Shown one piece after another: positions 8,724 through 10,802 of a DNA stretch of 10,802 nucleotides; positions within the stretch are counted from its first letter, which is position 1, and every line of letters starts with the position of its first letter. This stretch comes from Octopus sinensis (taxonomy: Eukaryota). The notes under the pieces were generated by a model. It saw nothing but the letters and a program-made list of their open reading frames with translations. It did not search any database and had not been told where the DNA came from. The stretch lies in assembly GCF_006345805.1 (NCBI RefSeq), contig NW_021827199.1, positions 1 to 10,802 on the forward strand, written 5' to 3'. The position numbers and the translations under genes were made by a program.

Positions 8724-9784
8724 GGCGGCGAGCTGGCAGAAACGTTAGCACGCCGGGCGAAATGCGTAGCCGTATTTCGTCTGCCGTTACGTTCCGAGTT
8801 CAAATTCCGCCGAGGTCGACTTTGCCTTTCATCCTTTCGGGATCGATAAATTAAGTACCAGTTACGCACTGGGGTCGTTATAATCGACTTAATCCGTTTG
8901 TGTGTCCTTGTTTGTCCCCTCTGTGTTTAATCCCTTGTGGGCAATGAAGAAATAAGAAATGTTAGCGCGCCGGGCGAAATGCTTAGCCGTATTTGTCTGT
9001 CGTTACGTTCGATGTTCACAATGTTTTTTTCCGCCGAGGTCGACTTTCCTTTCAGTCCTTTCGGGGGAGAAAAATCAAGTACCAGTTACGCACTGGGGTC
9101 GTTATAATCGACTTAATCCGTTTGTGTGTCCTTGTTTGTCCCCTCTGTGTTTAATCCCTTGTGGGCAATGAAGAAGAAGAAATAAGAAAACGTTAGCGCG
9201 CCGGGCGAAATGCGTAGCCGTATTTCGTCTGTCGTTACGTTCCGAGTTCAAATTCCGCCGAGGTCGACTTTCCCTTTCATCCTTTCGGGATCGAAAATCA
9301 AGTACCAGTTACGCACTGGGGTCGTTATAATCGACTTAATCCGTTTGTGTGTCCTTGTTTGTCCCCTCTGTGTTTAATCCCTTGTGGGCAATGAAGAAAT
9401 AAGAAACGTTAGCGCGCCGGGCGAAATGCGTAGCCGTATTTCGTCTGTCGTTACGTTCCGAGTTCAAATTCCGCCGAGGTCGACTTTCCCTTTCATCCTT
9501 TCGGGATCGAAAATCAAGTACCAGTTACGCACTGGGGTCGTTATAATCGACTTAATCCGTTTGTGTGTCCTTGTTTGTCCCCTCTGGTAATAAAGAAACA
9601 GGTATTTTGTTTGCCGTTACGTTCCGAGTTCAAATTCCGCCGAGGTCGACTTTGCCTTTAATCCTTTCGAGATCGATAAATTATGTACCAGTTACGCACT
9701 GGGGTCGTTATAATCGACCTAATCCGTTTGTGTGTCCTTGTTTGTTCTCTCTGTGTTTAACCCCTTGTGGGTAGTAAAGAAATA
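8724..9784 (+). mobile_element. Tandem array of five tRNA-derived SINE units (octopus OR-type; central region resembles the Meta/MESC SINE domain)
   Basis: Units start at ~8724, 8955, 9185, 9402 and 9601; period ~216-230 bp. Unit 1 has an A-box-like TGGCAGAAACG (8734-8744), B box GAGTTCAAATTCC (8796-8808) and acceptor-stem-like GGCGG/CCGCC (8724-8728/8807-8811). Central gcctttcatcctttcgggatcgataaattaagtaccag resembles the Meta domain from memory; family name unverified. Confidence 0.9.
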
Positions 9785-10052
9785 TATACAATATATATAT
9801 AGAACAACACAGACACACACACAAATGCACACACACATACATACAGACGCACACACATGCATAGACACACACACACAGACTCATACACACTGACGTGGAC
9901 ACACACACATATACTCACACAGACTCACGCACACACCCGTGCACGAACACACACGCGCACGTGCGCACGGACACACAAAGACAGATGCACACACATACAT
10001 ACACAAACAGACAGACAGCCACGCACACACTAACATACACACACACAGATAC
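9785..10052. repeat. Degenerate CA-rich microsatellite (CA/CAGA/TACA/CG variants)
   Basis: Direct reading; explains ORFs 9708-9908, 9881-10069 and 9939-10154. Confidence 0.92.
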
Positions 10053-10221
10053 ATGACTGCGTCAACCAAACCATCGGATGCTGTGAGACATCGCTGGTCA
10101 CATTGCGCTTCTCATTCTATCTTGATTCCGCCCTTCCCCACAATCTTGGTCTAAATCGTTTAACTAATAAGTCGTTTGTCCCTGTTGAGGCAACCTCCAA
10201 TAACTTCCCTGATCTCTTCGT

Positions 10222-10260
10222 TATACACACACACACACAGCATATATATATATATAAATA

Positions 10261-10309
<49 letters not shown>

Positions 10310-10333
10310 TATATTATATATATATATATATAT
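10222..10333. repeat. (CA)n then (TA)n microsatellite
   Basis: Direct reading. Confidence 0.95.
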
Positions 10334-10709
10334 GCGCAGGAGTGGCGTGTGTGGTAAGTAGCTTGCTTACCAACCACATGGTTCTGGTTCAGCCCCACTG
10401 CGTGGCACCTTGGGCAGGTCTCTACTACAGCCTCGGGCCGACCAAAGCCTTGTGAGTGGAAAGAGGCCCGTCGTATATATGTATATATATATTAATTATA
10501 TATACATGTGTGCGTGTAGTTGTGTGTCTGGTGTTTGTCCCCCTATGATGTGTATTGATGTCCCCGTCACGTAGCGGTTCGGCAAAAGTGACCGATAGAT
10601 AAGTACTGGGTTACAAAGAATAAGTCCCGGGGGCGAGTTGCTCGATGAAAGGCGGTGCTCCACCATAGCCGCAGTCAAATGACTGAAACAAGAAAAAGAG
10701 TAAAAGAGT
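10334..10709 (+). mobile_element. Near full-length tRNA-derived SINE (octopus OK/OR-type) with CORE-like segment, internal microsatellite and (taaaagag)n tail
   Basis: A box TGGCGTGTGTGG (10343-10354), B box GGTTCAGCCCC (10386-10396), CORE-like gtggcaccttgggcagg (10402-10418), internal TA/TG tract ~10474-10530, 3' hairpin cagtc-aaat-gactg (10672-10685), tail aaaagag-taaaagag. Exact family name not verified. Confidence 0.88.
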
Positions 10710-10712
10710 AAT

Positions 10713-10767
10713 AACACACACACACACCACACAATAATATATATATATATAAATATATATATTATAT

Positions 10768-10801
<34 letters not shown>

Positions 10802-10802
10802 A
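10713..10802. repeat. (CA)n/(TA)n microsatellite running off the window
   Basis: Direct reading. Confidence 0.95.

Noticed and set aside
8642-9774. Repeated ORFs (e.g. ...FRVQIPPRST...) and possible CRISPR array or tRNA cluster
   Set aside because: They derive from SINE units. There are no unique spacers or cas genes, and the heads have ~50 nt between A and B boxes with no canonical cloverleaf, so they are not tRNA genes.
8724-9784. Retrozyme (tandem hammerhead) interpretation of the array
   Set aside because: No CUGANGA...GAAA hammerhead core found in the units on either strand.
1617-10357. Many ORFs rich in YI/IY, CV/VC, HT/TH
   Set aside because: Translations of TA, TG and CA microsatellites, which lack stops in some frames; no coding signal.

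Overview
AT-rich eukaryotic genomic DNA with no supportable protein-coding gene. The tRNA-derived SINEs and very dense compound (TA/CA/TG/TACA/AAT) microsatellites match what I recall of Octopus genomes; the taxon is an inference, not a database result. Nearly all listed ORFs are read-through of simple repeats. Main structures: (1) a head-to-tail array of five copies of a ~230-bp tRNA-derived SINE (8724-9784); (2) a near-complete copy of a second SINE family (10334-10709), plus an old copy (5621-5756) and two isolated 3'-tail fragments (657-694, 3576-3635) whose tail hairpin shows compensatory changes; (3) a ~200-bp near-perfect palindrome flanked by TA, MITE/foldback-like (5859-6061); (4) a hairpin-rich ~650-bp non-coding element ending in CTAG|T (2781-3427); (5) a 35-bp direct repeat bracketing 245 bp (1229-1544). 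A few weak minus-strand exon candidates are reported at low confidence. I found no convincing new enzymatic system; the interesting signal is mobile-element and RNA-structure biology.
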